Assembly (NCBI GenBank): GCA_016699875.1
Contig: CP064989.1
Coordinates: forward strand, 949,332 to 1,013,331
Direction: 5' to 3'
Source: Candidatus Moraniibacteriota bacterium
GTDB taxonomy: Bacteria > Patescibacteriota > Minisyncoccia > Moranbacterales > UBA1568
DNA length: 64,000 nt
A program made the translations under genes and the position numbers. Of the stretch, positions 49,359-58,927 are shown piece after piece. Within the stretch, counting starts at the first letter, position 1; every line of letters begins with the position of its first letter. A model generated the notes under the pieces. The model had not been told where the DNA came from. It ran no database searches and saw only the letters and a program-made list of their open reading frames with translations.

Positions 49359-50348
49359 ATGAAACGAATTGCAATTAACGGGTTTGGGCGGATCGGGCGG
49401 ACGGTATTTCGGATTCTGTCGGAACGGGCTGATGCGGAGATTGTGGCTGTGAATGACCTCTCGGATGCGGCGACACTCGCGCATCTTTTGAAACACGATA
49501 CAGCATTTCGCACGTTTTCTCATTCGGTTTCTTCGAAAGAGGGTATGCTAGTGGTGGATGGCCAAGATATTCCGGTATTGTCCGAGCCGGATCCGGAGAA
49601 GCTGCCCTGGGGTGATATGCGGGTGGATGTGGTCCTGGAGTGCACGGGGCGATTTGTAAAAGGGGAGGCGGCCGAGAAACATATTACGGCAGGCGCGAAG
49701 AAAGTCATACTCTCGGCACCGGGGAAAGGCAGTGATATCCCGATGTACCTCATGGGAGTGAACGACGATGCGTATCAGGGCGAGAAGGTTATTTCAAATG
49801 CTTCGTGTACCACCAACTGTCTTGCGCCGGTCGCGCAGGTGATGCAACAAGCATTCGGCATCGAGAAGGCGATGATGACGACCGTGCACTCGTATACGGC
49901 TGATCAAAACCTGCAGGATGGACCGCACAAAGACTTGCGCCGGGCGCGAGCTGCGGCGCAGAATATCGTGCCGACGACGACGGGCGCGGCGATTGCCATT
50001 GGGGAAGTCGTGCCTGAAATACGCGGAAAATTCGATGGTCTGGCAATACGTGTGCCAACCTCGGTGGTATCCTTGACGGACTTTACCTTTGTGCTCAGTC
50101 GCGACGTGACAGAGGAAGAGGTGAATGCGGCACTGGAAGTGGCGTCCAAAACGGATCGCTTCAAGGGCATTCTTGAGGTAACGAGCGAGCCTCTGGTCTC
50201 TTCGGACTTTATCGGAAATCCGGCATCGTCGACGGTGGATCTCTCGCTTACCAAGGTGGTTGGCGGCAATCTCGTCAAGGTGGTTGCCTGGTATGACAAT
50301 GAGTGGGGTTATTCCGAACGACTCGCCGATATGACGATGATGGTGTAG
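49359..50348 (+). CDS. gap: Glyceraldehyde-3-phosphate dehydrogenase
   Basis: INGFGRIGR, ASCTTNCLAP, WYDNEWGYS. Confidence 0.95.
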   Translation: MKRIAINGFGRIGRTVFRILSERADAEIVAVNDLSDAATLAHLLKHDTAFRTFSHSVSSKEGMLVVDGQDIPVLSEPDPEKLPWGDMRVDVVLECTGRFVKGEAAEKHITAGAKKVILSAPGKGSDIPMYLMGVNDDAYQGEKVISNASCTTNCLAPVAQVMQQAFGIEKAMMTTVHSYTADQNLQDGPHKDLRRARAAAQNIVPTTTGAAIAIGEVVPEIRGKFDGLAIRVPTSVVSLTDFTFVLSRDVTEEEVNAALEVASKTDRFKGILEVTSEPLVSSDFIGNPASSTVDLSLTKVVGGNLVKVVAWYDNEWGYSERLADMTMMV

Positions 50349-50446
50349 TGTTGTCGTTCGCTGTAGAGAATTCCTGAATTTCCATTTCTTGTGCCGGCTT
50401 TTGGGTAGATATTTAGAAAGCAGACAATCAAACAAAAGAAAGTCGT

Positions 50447-52045
50447 ATGTACGATATCATCATAAAAAACGGAGCGGTGCTTGACGGGACGGGTGCGCGC
50501 GAGTTTGCGGGCGATATCGGGATCAAGGAAGGATTGATTGCGACGATCGGTAATCTGAATGGCGAACAAGCCGAGAGAATTATTGATGCCAAGGGCATGT
50601 ATGTCGCGCCCGGATTTGTGGATATTAACAATCACTCGGATACGTATTGGCAGATATTTTTGAATCCCGACCTTGAGAGTCTTGTGAGGCAGGGAATCAC
50701 GACGATTGTCGGCGGGAATTGTGGGTCTTCTCTTTCGCCTTTGACGGATCAATCCATGCTGCAGTCCATTCAGAAATGGACCGATATTCGGAACCTCAAC
50801 CTGAATTGGCTGTCGACAAAAGAATTCTTGGAGGAAGTCGAACGCAGGGATCTCTCGGTTAATTTCGCGACACTCTTGGGTCACGGGACATTGCGGCGCG
50901 GTTTCGTGCATGATGAGTCGCGCCCGCTCCGAGCGGCCGAACTTGCCGGTATGGAGAGAATGCTGAAGCAATCGATGCGTGAAGGGTCGCTCGGTATGTC
51001 TCTTGGGCTGGCATATGTGCACGGGCGCCATGCAACAGAGCATGAGTTGTCGACACTTGCGAAAGTAGTCGGGAAATACGGCGGATTCTGTACGGCGCAC
51101 CTGCGGAGCGAAGGAAAGGAACTTCCGGAAGCGATTGCAGAAGCGATTACTATGGCACGAAGCTCGGGTGTCCGCCTCCATATCTCGCATCTCAAGGCAG
51201 TCGGGAAGCGATACTGGGATCATATGGAGCGCGCACTCTATCTTCTCGACGCGTCCGATTCCGAGGGAGTCGACGTATCATTTGATATCTATCCCTATCG
51301 GTCCACCGCAACCGTGCTCTACACGATTCTTCCCACTTGGATAACCGATGGCGGAAAAAAGATGATGTTCGAGCGACTGCGAAATCCCGCCATCCGGACC
51401 GAGGCGATTCATGACCTCCGAGAGGAACACATCGACTACTCCTCGGCAGTGCTCTCGCTCTCCTCGCTGAACAAAATGATTACGCGTACTAACGTGCTGG
51501 AAATGGCGCACGCTCAAGGGAAGTCGCCGGAAGATGTTATTTTCGACGTGCTCCTTGCTTCGGATGATCGAGCTATCGTATCGCTCGACGCGCTTTCCGA
51601 AGAGAATATTGAGAAGGGGCTTCGTCACCCGTTTTCCATTGTCAGTACAAATGGAACCGGGTACCCGGCGAATTATTCAGGAACAGGCGAGTCTATTCAC
51701 CCGCGATGTTTCGGGACATTCCCGCGGGTGCTCTTCCGCTATGTCCGTGAGCGAAAGCTTCTCGGTTGGGAAGAAGCGATTCATAAAATGACCGGCAAGC
51801 CGGCAGCGAAAGCAGGCATCGAGAAACGCGGCACGATCGCGGTTGGAAATCACGCCGATATCGTCGTGATCAATCCGAACGAAGTCGAGGATCATGCAAC
51901 CTCGGAGAATCCCTATCAGTATCCGTCCGGCATCCCATTCGTTCTTGTCAATGGTAAGATCGCTGTTGACAGCGGAGAATACACAGGGAATCGATACGGA
52001 ACCGTGCTGCGCCGCACCGGAGGGCTTCTGGAACGGTTTTGGTAG
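50447..52045 (+). CDS. Amidohydrolase-family protein, N-acyl-D-amino-acid deacylase (D-aminoacylase)-like
   Basis: MYDIIIKNGAVLDGTG...YVAPGFVDINNHSD metal-binding HxH-type N-terminus. Confidence 0.7.
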   Translation: MYDIIIKNGAVLDGTGAREFAGDIGIKEGLIATIGNLNGEQAERIIDAKGMYVAPGFVDINNHSDTYWQIFLNPDLESLVRQGITTIVGGNCGSSLSPLTDQSMLQSIQKWTDIRNLNLNWLSTKEFLEEVERRDLSVNFATLLGHGTLRRGFVHDESRPLRAAELAGMERMLKQSMREGSLGMSLGLAYVHGRHATEHELSTLAKVVGKYGGFCTAHLRSEGKELPEAIAEAITMARSSGVRLHISHLKAVGKRYWDHMERALYLLDASDSEGVDVSFDIYPYRSTATVLYTILPTWITDGGKKMMFERLRNPAIRTEAIHDLREEHIDYSSAVLSLSSLNKMITRTNVLEMAHAQGKSPEDVIFDVLLASDDRAIVSLDALSEENIEKGLRHPFSIVSTNGTGYPANYSGTGESIHPRCFGTFPRVLFRYVRERKLLGWEEAIHKMTGKPAAKAGIEKRGTIAVGNHADIVVINPNEVEDHATSENPYQYPSGIPFVLVNGKIAVDSGEYTGNRYGTVLRRTGGLLERFW

Positions 52046-52186
52046 GGAACGTCCTCTTAACAGAGCGAACAAGAATGGGAGCGTGTTCATAACGCTTTTT
52101 TTTGTTTCATTTTCTGGCCGGATCCCAGCTTGATTTGAAGGGGGTTTTGGAGGTATGGTTGGGATATTGACATATTCCTTAGCACT

Positions 52187-54715
52187 ATGGCGGATCGGAC
52201 GAGGGCGACGAAATTTGTGTTTGATTCGTACGCGTTTTCTCTCGAAGAAAAGAGAGCGTCTTTTACGTATCGGATGGAATTTGAGAATCGGGAGCCGATG
52301 ATCTTTATCGATGAACTTTTTTTCCCTGAGCTTCCCGAAACAATGCGCGCTTCGGAGTCATTGATCGATGCGGTGTTGCGCGGGGTGCATATCGCACTTG
52401 GCGTGAGCTATTACAAGCTCTCGTGTCCCGTTGATATTGAAGTGTCCCATGCGCTTTCGGAGAAGCAGGCGGTGTTTTGGAATACTGTTTACCGCAAAGG
52501 ACTGGGCGAGTTCTTCTTTCGAAACAACATTGATCCGCGCGGGAGAATAAATTTCCCATTTGATAGAAGTCTTTCGCCGGGGAGTTTTGCGGTCGATGTG
52601 GAAGATCGGGCGCTTCTTGGTATCGGCGGCGGAAAAGACTCTATCGTTGCCGGAGAGCTTCTCAAAAAGATGAATGTTTCGACGAGCGCGTTTATATTTG
52701 AGACCGGTGAGCCGGTTCCGCTGGTGGAGAGAGTTGTTGAAGAAATGGCACTGCCAACAGTGAAGGTGCGGCACGTGCTCGACCGGAAAGTCTTTGACGG
52801 ATATGAGGGGTCATACAACGGACATGTGCCATTTTCGGCGATGGTTGCATGGACGGGGTATTTAGCGGCGGCCCTCTGTGGCTACCGGTATGTTGTTGTG
52901 GGAAATGAGCGAAGCAGCAATGTCGGCAATGTTGACTATTTCGGAGAGACGGTGAATCACCAGTGGAGCAAGTCGGTTGAATTCGAGACAATGTTTCAGG
53001 AATACGCGCGAGAATTTCTATCGCCGGATATCGTGTACTTCTCGTTGCTTCGTCCGTTCTATGAAATTCGGGTTGCTGAAATGTTTTCTCAATATGATCG
53101 ATATTTCTCGCTGTTCTCAAGCTGTAATCGGAGCTTCAGAGTGCGAAAGCATCGTCCGGAGACACTCTGGTGTGGCGAGTGTGCAAAATGCGCATTTGTT
53201 TTTCTCTTGCTTTCGGCGTTTGTTAAAAAGGAAGCGCTCGTGGGCATCTTCGGGAAGAATATGCTTGATGATGAGGCTCTTCTTTCTCTCTTTGGCGATG
53301 TGCTTGGCTTCGGCTCGATGAAGCCGTTTGACTGCGTGGGTACGTTCGAAGAAGCTCGGGCGGCGCTCTTTCTTTCACGGGAGCGATTCGGAACGAGTCG
53401 CGTTTCGGAAACATTTCTTTCGAGTGTCGACCATCCGGAGCAGTTGGTTCGAGAGAGTATGCGGTTCTTTCGAGCGGAGACGGTTCCGGCACGGTTTCTC
53501 TTTGCGGGCGCGAAGAATGCGCTCATTCTCGGATATGGTAACGAGGGAAAATCAACCGAGCGGTATTTGAAGCAGCATCTGCCGCATCTCCCGATCGGCA
53601 TCGCGGACAAGAGTGCGGATGACTCCTATCTCGACCGTCAGAAGGAATATGATGTGGCGATAAAAACGCCCGGCATGCCGAAGCGGCTCGTGACGATCCC
53701 TTATACGACGGCGACGAATATATTTTTCTCTCAGACAAAAAATCTCACGATTGGCGTGACAGGAACAAAAGGGAAGAGTACGACCGCCTCTCTCATCAAT
53801 GCCATCCTGCGCACTGCGGGACGGAAATCGCTGCTTCTTGGAAATATCGGACAACCGCTTCTTTCGGCATTCGACACCCCGCTTGATCCGGCCACAATTA
53901 TTGTTGCGGAACTCTCCAGCTATCAGCTGGACGATGTCGAGTACTCTCCTCATATCGCCGTTCTGCTCAATCTCTTTTCCGACCACATGAATTATCACGG
54001 AAGCGTTGATGCGTATCATGAGGCGAAGCGTAACGTCGTGCGATTTCAAAATGATCGGGACTTCGCGGTATACAATGAAACGAATCCGAAGCTCTCCGAG
54101 TGGGTACGTGAAGGAAAAGGGAGACCAATCCCGATTCATAAGAGTGGAAGAGGATGTGAAACATACGAAACCAAACTTTTGGGGGCGCACAATGCGGAAA
54201 ATATCCGCGCGGCGGTTTCAGTGGCTCGCCTTCTTGGTATTTCTGAGGAAGCTATTCGAGAGGGGATACGGATATTTAATCCGCTTCCGCATCGCTTGGA
54301 GCGCGTGGGAGAATTTCGCGGCATCACATTCTATGACGATGCGATCTCAACGACGCCGGAGTCGACCGAAGCGGCACTCGAAGCGATTCCGAACGTCTCG
54401 ACAATTCTATTGGGCGGCGAAGATCGTGGGTATGATTTTCGCCAACTGGAGCAAACTATTCGCGCGTGCGGCGTAAGAAATATCGTCTTGTTTCCGGAGA
54501 GCGGGAAGCGGATACTTTCTTCGTTCGAAGGTCTCACTGTGCTCGAAACAGACAATATGGAAGCGGCAATCCGTTTTGCCTATAAGCAAACACCGCCCGG
54601 TTCGATTTGTCTTCTCTCAACGGCCTCGCCGAGCTATTCTCTCTGGAAAAACTTTGAACAAAAAGGCGATGAGTTCCAACGATTGGTGAAGAAATTTGGC
54701 GAGGATATTTCTTGA
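52187..54715 (+). CDS. murD: 842-aa fusion: N-terminal ~420-aa domain of unassigned family (PP-loop-like GIGGGKDS motif, CGECAKC) + C-terminal complete MurD-type UDP-N-acetylmuramoyl-L-alanine--glutamate ligase
   Basis: C-terminal VTGTKGKSTT, LGNIG, Mur-ligase middle and C domains; N-terminal region has LLGIGGGKDSIVAGELL and WCGECAKCAFVFLL. Confidence 0.7.
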   Translation: MADRTRATKFVFDSYAFSLEEKRASFTYRMEFENREPMIFIDELFFPELPETMRASESLIDAVLRGVHIALGVSYYKLSCPVDIEVSHALSEKQAVFWNTVYRKGLGEFFFRNNIDPRGRINFPFDRSLSPGSFAVDVEDRALLGIGGGKDSIVAGELLKKMNVSTSAFIFETGEPVPLVERVVEEMALPTVKVRHVLDRKVFDGYEGSYNGHVPFSAMVAWTGYLAAALCGYRYVVVGNERSSNVGNVDYFGETVNHQWSKSVEFETMFQEYAREFLSPDIVYFSLLRPFYEIRVAEMFSQYDRYFSLFSSCNRSFRVRKHRPETLWCGECAKCAFVFLLLSAFVKKEALVGIFGKNMLDDEALLSLFGDVLGFGSMKPFDCVGTFEEARAALFLSRERFGTSRVSETFLSSVDHPEQLVRESMRFFRAETVPARFLFAGAKNALILGYGNEGKSTERYLKQHLPHLPIGIADKSADDSYLDRQKEYDVAIKTPGMPKRLVTIPYTTATNIFFSQTKNLTIGVTGTKGKSTTASLINAILRTAGRKSLLLGNIGQPLLSAFDTPLDPATIIVAELSSYQLDDVEYSPHIAVLLNLFSDHMNYHGSVDAYHEAKRNVVRFQNDRDFAVYNETNPKLSEWVREGKGRPIPIHKSGRGCETYETKLLGAHNAENIRAAVSVARLLGISEEAIREGIRIFNPLPHRLERVGEFRGITFYDDAISTTPESTEAALEAIPNVSTILLGGEDRGYDFRQLEQTIRACGVRNIVLFPESGKRILSSFEGLTVLETDNMEAAIRFAYKQTPPGSICLLSTASPSYSLWKNFEQKGDEFQRLVKKFGEDIS

Positions 54716-54791
54716 AGCGGCGCGAATTGATCTCGAATATTTCCAGTGGTACACTGTACGGACATAAAGAAAATCCTCTGAAGAAAATCGT

Positions 54792-55955
54792 ATGGAAAGA
54801 GATGATATAAAACAGCGCGCTCTGCTTGCGCACAAGAAGTTGCGGGGGAAGATAGAAGTGGTTTCGAAAGCAAGAGTCAAAAAGCCGGCCGACCTCAGCG
54901 TGTACTATTCTCCCGGCGTTGGCGCGGTATCGTCTTATGTGGCGAAGTTTCCGGAAAAGGCACGGGAGTATACGATTCGGCGCAATACGGTTGCAGTGGT
55001 GTCGGATGGCTCGGCGGTTTTGGGACTGGGGAACTTGGGACCTGTTGGCGCGCTTCCGGTGATGGAGGGCAAGGCGATGCTTTTCAAATCGTTTGCAAAT
55101 GTCGATGCATTTCCGATCGTGCTCTCGACGCAAGACGTAGATGAAATCGTTGAGACGGTTGCCCGTATAGCTCACACATTTGGCGGAATCAATCTTGAGG
55201 ATATTGCTGCGCCGCGTTGTTTTGAAGTTGAGTCCAGACTCAAGCAATTGCTTGATATCCCTGTTTTTCACGATGATCAGCACGGGACGGCAATGGTAGT
55301 TTTGGCGGGGCTTCTCAATGCGCTTCGCGTAGCGAAGAAGAATCTTGAGTCTGTGCGTATTGTTATCGCAGGTGCGGGCGCTGCGGGGAACGCTATTGCT
55401 GAGCTTCTCCTTTTGGGCGGTGCGCAGGATATCATCCTCCTTGATAGCAAAGGGATTCTTTCAAAGAATCGCGATGATTTGAATGTTCCCAAACAGGTTC
55501 TTTTGGCGAAAACAAATCCCCGAAATATCGCAGGCGGTCTTGACGAGGCATTGCTCGACGCGGATGTTTTTATAGGTGTATCGAAAGGGGGGACGGTGAC
55601 ATGTGCGCAGGTCGCTTCTATGGCGGAGCGGAGCATTGTGTTCGCACTCGCAAATCCTGTGCCGGAAATCATGCCGGATGAAGCAAAGAAAGCCGGGGCA
55701 TTGGTCGTGGCGACCGGCCGATCGGATTTCCCCAATCAGCTTAATAACGTATTGGGTTTCCCGGGGATATTCCGCGGCGCGCTCGACCATCGTGTCCGGG
55801 ATATTACGAATGAGATGTTGGTGGTTGCGGCGAAGAAGTTGGCAAAGTTGGTTGTGTCGCCAAAACCGAACATGATTATTCCATCGCCTTTTGACAAGCG
55901 TGTCGTTCCGGCGGTTGCGAGTGCTATCCGGGAGAAAAAGCCGCTTCATTCCTAA
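54792..55955 (+). CDS. NAD(P)-dependent malic enzyme (short bacterial form)
   Basis: SVYYSPGVG, VSDGSAVLGLGNLG, FHDDQHGTA motifs. Confidence 0.85.
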   Translation: MERDDIKQRALLAHKKLRGKIEVVSKARVKKPADLSVYYSPGVGAVSSYVAKFPEKAREYTIRRNTVAVVSDGSAVLGLGNLGPVGALPVMEGKAMLFKSFANVDAFPIVLSTQDVDEIVETVARIAHTFGGINLEDIAAPRCFEVESRLKQLLDIPVFHDDQHGTAMVVLAGLLNALRVAKKNLESVRIVIAGAGAAGNAIAELLLLGGAQDIILLDSKGILSKNRDDLNVPKQVLLAKTNPRNIAGGLDEALLDADVFIGVSKGGTVTCAQVASMAERSIVFALANPVPEIMPDEAKKAGALVVATGRSDFPNQLNNVLGFPGIFRGALDHRVRDITNEMLVVAAKKLAKLVVSPKPNMIIPSPFDKRVVPAVASAIREKKPLHS

Positions 55956-55988
55956 CCCTCTTCATTCTTTATTATTTTCTCTACCTCT

Positions 55989-56909
55989 ATGTACGATCTC
56001 ATTATTATCGGGGCGGGTCCGGCGGGACTCTCCGCATCCGTCTATGCATCCCGCTATGGTATAAAACACGTGATTCTTGGCGAAGTGGCCGGAGGACTTC
56101 TCACGCAAACGTTTGATGTGGGGAATTGGCTCGGAACGGAAGCGATTGGCGGACAGGCATTTGCGGACAGTGCTGAGAAACATGCGAAGAGCTATGGCGT
56201 CGAGATTTTGCCGCTTACCGTGGAACACATTGAAAGGCAAGGGGATGCTTTCGAAGTTTCCGCTTCCGGGAAGCTGTTCCGGGCAAAGACCGTGCTTGTG
56301 GCAACGGGAACAAAGCATCGACACCTTGGCGTCCCCGGAGAACAAGAGTTTGCCGGAAAAGGCGTGTCGTTCTGTCCGACATGTGACGGGTTCTTTTTCA
56401 AAGGAAAGCGCGTGGCAGTTGTGGGCGGCGGAGACAGTGCGACCGAAGCGGGGGTCTACCTTGCCGATCTCTGCTCCGAAGTCTTTGTGATTGTCCGAGA
56501 GAAGGCAATGATCGCGGAAAAATTTTGGCAGAATCTTCTTCTCTCCAAAAAGAATGTGAAGGTTATTTTCGGAACGAATGTAAAAGAAATTCGCGGGAGC
56601 GGAAAAATGGAATCATTGCTCCTGGATACGCCGTTCGAAGGAAGTGAAACGCTTTCGGCAGACGGCTTGTTTGTCGAGATCGGGCTTGCGCCGAATACGA
56701 AACTTCTCGCCAATATCGGCGCAAAGCTCGATGAGCGAGGATATGCTGAGACGATGCCGGATCAAAGTGTTGGTGTACCGGGCGTTTGGGCAGCGGGCGA
56801 CATTACAACCAATTCCAATCGATTCTGCCAAATTGTAACCGCCGCTTCCGAAGGAGCCATCGCCGCAAAGAGCATTCTCGACTACCTCCAGCGCCAGGGA
56901 GCGAAGTAA
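55989..56909 (+). CDS. trxB: Thioredoxin-disulfide reductase
   Basis: IIIGAGPAG, redox-active CPTCDG, VVGGGDSA. Confidence 0.9.
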   Translation: MYDLIIIGAGPAGLSASVYASRYGIKHVILGEVAGGLLTQTFDVGNWLGTEAIGGQAFADSAEKHAKSYGVEILPLTVEHIERQGDAFEVSASGKLFRAKTVLVATGTKHRHLGVPGEQEFAGKGVSFCPTCDGFFFKGKRVAVVGGGDSATEAGVYLADLCSEVFVIVREKAMIAEKFWQNLLLSKKNVKVIFGTNVKEIRGSGKMESLLLDTPFEGSETLSADGLFVEIGLAPNTKLLANIGAKLDERGYAETMPDQSVGVPGVWAAGDITTNSNRFCQIVTAASEGAIAAKSILDYLQRQGAK

Positions 56910-56915
56910 CTAAAA

Positions 56916-56938
56916 ATCCCGCTGAATGCGGGATTTTT
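56916..56938. terminator. Bidirectional rho-independent terminator between convergent trxB and tRNA-Arg
   Basis: aaaaatcccgctgaatgcgggattttt. Confidence 0.7.
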
Positions 56939-56944
56939 GAGATG

Positions 56945-57016
56945 TGTCCCGAGAGGGAATCGAACCCCCATCCCTGGTTCCGAAGACCAGTGCTCTATCC
57001 GTTGAGCTATCGAGAC
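56945..57016 (-). tRNA. tRNA-Arg (anticodon UCG), CCA not encoded
   Basis: Reverse complement GTCTCGATAGCTCAACGGATAGAGCACTGGTCTTCGGAACCAGGGATGGGGGTTCGATTCCCTCTCGGGACA folds as a cloverleaf; anticodon loop CUUCGGA. Confidence 0.8.
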
Positions 57017-57177
57017 AAAAAATTTCAAACGGCGAACGAAGCTCCGCCCTCTCTTGTTGTAGGGCATATTTGCCGGAGAGTCAAACAGCTGCGCGGGATT
57101 GTGGCTCGGAGTCTTCCTGGGTATACTGGAGTAGTGATGGGGAGTTTTTTAGTTGTAGTTTGTAGTGTTGAAAATCT

Positions 57178-57945
57178 ATGCATCTTCCTGATGGGTTTTT
57201 GAATAATGGGACAGCGGGGAGTCTTTTGGGTGCGGCTGCCGCCGCTGTTGTCTTTGCGGCAAGCAAGGTGCGGTCAACTTTCTTGGAGAAGGTGCCGGTT
57301 TTGCGTGCGAAGCTCGCTACATTTCCGGATTTTGGAAGTTCATCTGCTTTTAGTATCCGACGGCAATTCTCAGAAAGAGGGCGAGAGAAAATGTGGCGTA
57401 TGGCATCGATTGGCGCGCTTATCTTCTCGGCGCAGATGGTGAACTTTCCCATAGGCGGTGGGACATCCGGTCATGTGATTGGCGGAGTGATTGCCGCGCT
57501 GGTTGCGGGGCCGCTTGAGGGGCTCCTGGTCCTCACGGTAGTGTTGATTGTGCAGGCAATGGTATTCGGTGATGGCGGAATACTTGCGCTCGGAGCGAAT
57601 ATTTTCAATATGGGTATTGTCGGCGGGCTTGGCGGGTATGCGTTCTTTCGCTTTTTGTCACAGGGTAAAGATGTGAAACGGCAGTTTCTGCGCAACGCAT
57701 TTGTGGCGGCATGGATGTCGGTTATTGCGGCGGCTGTCGCCGTTTCTCTTGAAATCGCCATCTCCGGGACCGGGCCGCTCTCGGTCGTGCTCCCTGCTAT
57801 GACACTCGCGCATATCGTGATCGGATTCGCGGAGGGAGTGATAACTGTATTTATTCTGGCGTTCCTTTTAAATCGCGGATTTTCGCTTTCTGCTCTTGAG
57901 AGACCGGCTTCTGATGAGATGGACGACTATGTTGCCAAAGAATAA
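57178..57945 (+). CDS. cbiM: CbiM-family ECF-type cobalt/nickel transporter substrate-capture subunit (with a ~50-aa insertion after the first helix)
   Basis: N-terminal MHLPDGFL; GGGTSGHVIGGVIAALVAGP and downstream CbiM helices. Confidence 0.65.
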   Translation: MHLPDGFLNNGTAGSLLGAAAAAVVFAASKVRSTFLEKVPVLRAKLATFPDFGSSSAFSIRRQFSERGREKMWRMASIGALIFSAQMVNFPIGGGTSGHVIGGVIAALVAGPLEGLLVLTVVLIVQAMVFGDGGILALGANIFNMGIVGGLGGYAFFRFLSQGKDVKRQFLRNAFVAAWMSVIAAAVAVSLEIAISGTGPLSVVLPAMTLAHIVIGFAEGVITVFILAFLLNRGFSLSALERPASDEMDDYVAKE

Positions 57946-58246
57946 TACATGGGCATTACTCTTCGGTGTTGCTCTGGGCGTCGGGGGCATGTTGTCTCTC
58001 ATCGCTTCCTCTTCTCCGGACGGATTGGAAAAAGTCGCTGAGGTCCACGGGTTTCTCGATCGGGGAATTGTGCTATTTTCGGCGCCACTTACCGACTATT
58101 CTTTTTCGTTCGTCGGAATGCGAAATGGCGTATTGTTAATATCGTTGGCAAGGATTCTCGGCACCGGGATTGTTTTTCTTGGACTCTTGTTTCTTGGGAG
58201 AGTACTTTTCTTCCCCGCGTTTATCCTGCGAAGACGGCAAAAATGA
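57929..58246 (+). CDS. PDGLE-domain small membrane protein (CbiN-like partner), overlaps cbiM end
   Basis: SSPDGLEKVAE motif between two TM helices. Confidence 0.5.
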   Translation: MLPKNNTWALLFGVALGVGGMLSLIASSSPDGLEKVAEVHGFLDRGIVLFSAPLTDYSFSFVGMRNGVLLISLARILGTGIVFLGLLFLGRVLFFPAFILRRRQK

Positions 58247-58303
58247 AGAAGAGGAATGTGGAGTCTTGCAGAGCGTTCAATTCATTTGACAACAACTACG
58301 GTT

Positions 58304-58915
58304 ATGGATCTGCGTGAGTTCATCCTTTTGTTTCATCGATATCGGATGGTTTTTCTTGGAACGGTCGCACTCTTCATCGCCATTGGATTCGTTGCATGTG
58401 CGTTGCAGCCAGTTCGATACGGAGCGGAAATTACAATGAATGTTGCGCGGTCGGGTATTCGTGCGACGAGTGAATACTCATATGATGACTTCTATCGTTT
58501 GCAGGCGGATGAGCGGTTTGCGGATACGGTTGTTCGATGGCTTGAGTCTCCAAGAATTGTTGGTGATGTCCTCAGCGAAGCGCAGGTGTCGGAAGGCGTT
58601 TCGTTTGATGCGGGGAGACTTTCATCACAAGTAATTCGTATTCGGTATACGCTGCGTGATGAGGCAACGTCGAAGCGCGTGGCAACAGCGATATTTAAGG
58701 TCCTTAATCGGGAGACGGAATCGCTCAATCAGAATCGTTCGGAAGACGGATGGTTTACGCTGGTCGGCGAGACGCCGGCGATATATGATGCTCGGGTGAA
58801 TATGGGTCGAGCGCTTGCGATAGCGGGCGCTCTGGGCGTCTTTTTCGGATTCTTCTCGGTGCTGTTTCGGTGGTATTGGGATGGCGCTGTGCCAGCCAAG
58901 TCGAAGAAAGGTTGA
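58304..58915 (+). CDS. Wzz-like polysaccharide chain-length-determinant N-terminal domain protein
   Basis: MDLREFILLFHRYRMVFLGTVALFIAIGF typical Wzz N-terminus; second TM at C-terminus. Confidence 0.45.
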   Translation: MDLREFILLFHRYRMVFLGTVALFIAIGFVACALQPVRYGAEITMNVARSGIRATSEYSYDDFYRLQADERFADTVVRWLESPRIVGDVLSEAQVSEGVSFDAGRLSSQVIRIRYTLRDEATSKRVATAIFKVLNRETESLNQNRSEDGWFTLVGETPAIYDARVNMGRALAIAGALGVFFGFFSVLFRWYWDGAVPAKSKKG

Positions 58916-58927
58916 ACGAATGTTTCC

